64,000 bases of DNA from a virus, in IMG/VR virus record IMGVR_UViG_3300045988_077137, one strand, 5' to 3'. This document shows positions 62,595 through 64,000 of the stretch, piece by piece. The notes beneath the pieces are model-generated. The model worked only from the letters and a program-made list of their open reading frames with translations, was not told the DNA's origin and made no database searches. Made by a program: the position numbers and the translations under genes. Positions within the stretch are counted from its first letter, which is position 1; the number at the start of each line of letters is the position of its first letter.

Positions 62595-64000
62595 TTATTC
62601 TTGAGTAATTGTTAAATTCTTTATTGCCTTCGATACCCCAACAAATACTGCATTAGAAATTTCAGCCGAACTCATTTGTTGCATTGTCGGTGGACCGATA
62701 AATCCTGGAGGTAAAGGAGCACCCGCACTATTGGCTGGAACCTGTACTATCATGACAGGAATAGGCTTCTCAAGCGATTCTAATACTGCTTTAAGACTTG
62801 TGCCTTCCTTATCAAGAATATCACTGTATCCATCAATAACTTTTCGATTCGTAGTTCCTGCAGATGAACGCTCTGCTGGACCAACCTTACTTCGAGCATT
62901 TTCTTCAGAATATTCACCCCCTTTAGAACGACCACTTTTAAACAGTTTTTCTCCGTCAAGGTCAGTTTTCTCTTCTAATTTAATAATATCTGACATTGAA
63001 CGTTGATAGACATGCTGCATTACAAATCTTCCAACTTCTCCGCCTCCGGTCATTCTCTGAATCAAATCAAAAAATTCTTTTTGCAATTCAGTATTGTTAG
63101 GCATATCCTCGATTGCTGCCTTTATATCTGAATATCGTGCATTTGGTCCAGAAACTTTTCTTGCTGCTCTCATTAAAAGAGCCTGAGTCACTTCATCTTG
63201 ACTTATACTGTTTCCCATCAAAGAGTTCTGTACACGCTCTAATTGGCGACCCTCCATCCCAGTAGCATTCTGGATACTTGTCATCGAACTAACAATATTC
63301 GCAGTATTTATAGTCCCAACTCTTTCCAAGACTTTTTCTGCAGTTCGATTAAAAGCACCTAAATACTCACCAAGTGTCGACGCAATGTATTGGTCACTCT
63401 TTCCGAGACCCTGTAAGTTAGTGTCAAAAGCCTGTACGACGTTGGCTCCTGTACGACCTGAACGGTCAAAACGGGTTGTCGCCAACACCGAAGCAGCATC
63501 TTCTTCAGACAGTCCTCTGATACGACCAGCCATAAGTAACTGATTCATATCATGAATTGAAGTATTCTTTTCATACACTCCGGCACGTTGTAAATTCGCG
63601 ACCTTTTCTATGTAATCAGTAATATTCAATCCAAGCGTTTCAGAAGCCCATGTATGGGATTCTTTATCAAAAACTGCCCCACCAGCACGCTCTTCGGCTG
63701 CTTTGGCGTTCTTTGAAATTTGTTCTTTCCTATCAAGTTCGTCAAACATTTGCTCTCGACTCCCCCAAGCAACATGGGGGTCAGCAGCAACCATTCGCAT
63801 ACCCCATTTCGCAACCGCATTCCAAAAACCTCCATTTTCACGCTTATCTTCATCTCGAGCCGTAACTGCTTCAATTCTTTCTTCATCGAAAGAATTCGTT
63901 AATTGAGAAGCCAAAGCACCCTGATAGGAAAGATTATGAAGGGAAGCATACCTGTTTAATGCACGGTCATTTTGTGCAGCAGCCATTCGCCCAACTTCTG
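62595..64000 (-). CDS. tape-measure-like protein, C-terminal part (the ORF is open to the window edge)
   Basis: Helical, Ala/Gln/Arg-rich sequence typical of tape measure proteins. The reading frame has no stop between 63986 and 64000, so the gene probably starts outside the window. Confidence 0.45.
   Translation of the reverse strand, partial: EVGRMAAAQNDRALNRYASLHNLSYQGALASQLTNSFDEERIEAVTARDEDKRENGGFWNAVAKWGMRMVAADPHVAWGSREQMFDELDRKEQISKNAKAAEERAGGAVFDKESHTWASETLGLNITDYIEKVANLQRAGVYEKNTSIHDMNQLLMAGRIRGLSEEDAASVLATTRFDRSGRTGANVVQAFDTNLQGLGKSDQYIASTLGEYLGAFNRTAEKVLERVGTINTANIVSSMTSIQNATGMEGRQLERVQNSLMGNSISQDEVTQALLMRAARKVSGPNARYSDIKAAIEDMPNNTELQKEFFDLIQRMTGGGEVGRFVMQHVYQRSMSDIIKLEEKTDLDGEKLFKSGRSKGGEYSEENARSKVGPAERSSAGTTNRKVIDGYSDILDKEGTSLKAVLESLEKPIPVMIVQVPANSAGAPLPPGFIGPPTMQQMSSAEISNAVFVGVSKAIKNLTITQE

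Noticed and set aside
1-64000. CRISPR arrays, tRNA, rRNA and tmRNA genes
   Set aside because: I looked at every intergenic gap over 60 nt (for example 2883..3010, 19098..19236, 21093..21296, 22039..22302, 24156..24623 and 40094..40211). None showed regularly spaced direct repeats or cloverleaf-compatible sequence. A tRNAscan or Infernal run would be the definitive check.
1-64000. Interpreting the window as bacterial chromosome or prophage because of GroEL, Dps, sigma factor, RecA, LigA and DnaE
   Set aside because: These genes are interleaved at very high density with terminase, baseplate, tail fibre and tape-measure genes and many homing endonucleases, almost all on one strand. There is no integrase, no attachment-site-like repeats and no host housekeeping context. 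A large virulent phage genome is the simpler reading.

Overview
This window looks like a contiguous stretch of a large virulent tailed dsDNA phage genome. It carries a contractile-tail style baseplate module and no integrase. About 95% of the coding sequence is on the minus strand.

The host is probably a member of the Bacteroidota. Intergenic regions carry TTTG-N19-TAnnTTTG promoters, and the gene starts I checked by eye lack Shine-Dalgarno sequences. BACON-like and Listeria/Bacteroides-repeat domains, a DUF4494-like gene and a Bacteroidota-style lipoprotein point the same way.

Layout from left to right:
- 0-9 kb: an accessory block with an ECF-type sigma factor, a lone plus-strand Dps gene, a BACON-like gene split by a G12 tract, an HExxH protein and GroEL.
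- 9-21 kb: nucleotide and DNA metabolism genes (class II RNR, UvrD-like helicase, RNase H, SNF2 helicase, NAD-dependent ligase, RuvC-like resolvase).
- 21.1-24.7 kb: a 3.4-kb cassette bounded by perfect 87-bp inverted repeats. It carries an IS1595-type transposase and a lipoprotein gene.
- 24.6-34.7 kb: recombination and replication genes (SbcC, RecA, SbcD, an SSB-like protein, DnaE).
- 34.7-40.7 kb: a cluster I read as a thymidine replacement and hypermodification pathway (dNMP kinase, HD hydrolase, thymidylate-synthase-family enzyme, aGPT-pyrophosphorylase-like protein, P-loop kinase, dUTPase).
- 41.9-47.4 kb: primase, DnaB-like helicase, a large terminase interrupted by a mini-intein, and a DnaQ-like exonuclease.
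- 50-64 kb: tail fibre, baseplate and tape-measure genes.

Selfish elements are unusually dense: seven free-standing GIY-YIG homing endonuclease genes, one HNH gene, one intein and one transposase. No rRNA, tRNA or CRISPR array was found. All family assignments come from motifs read by eye and need profile searches to confirm.
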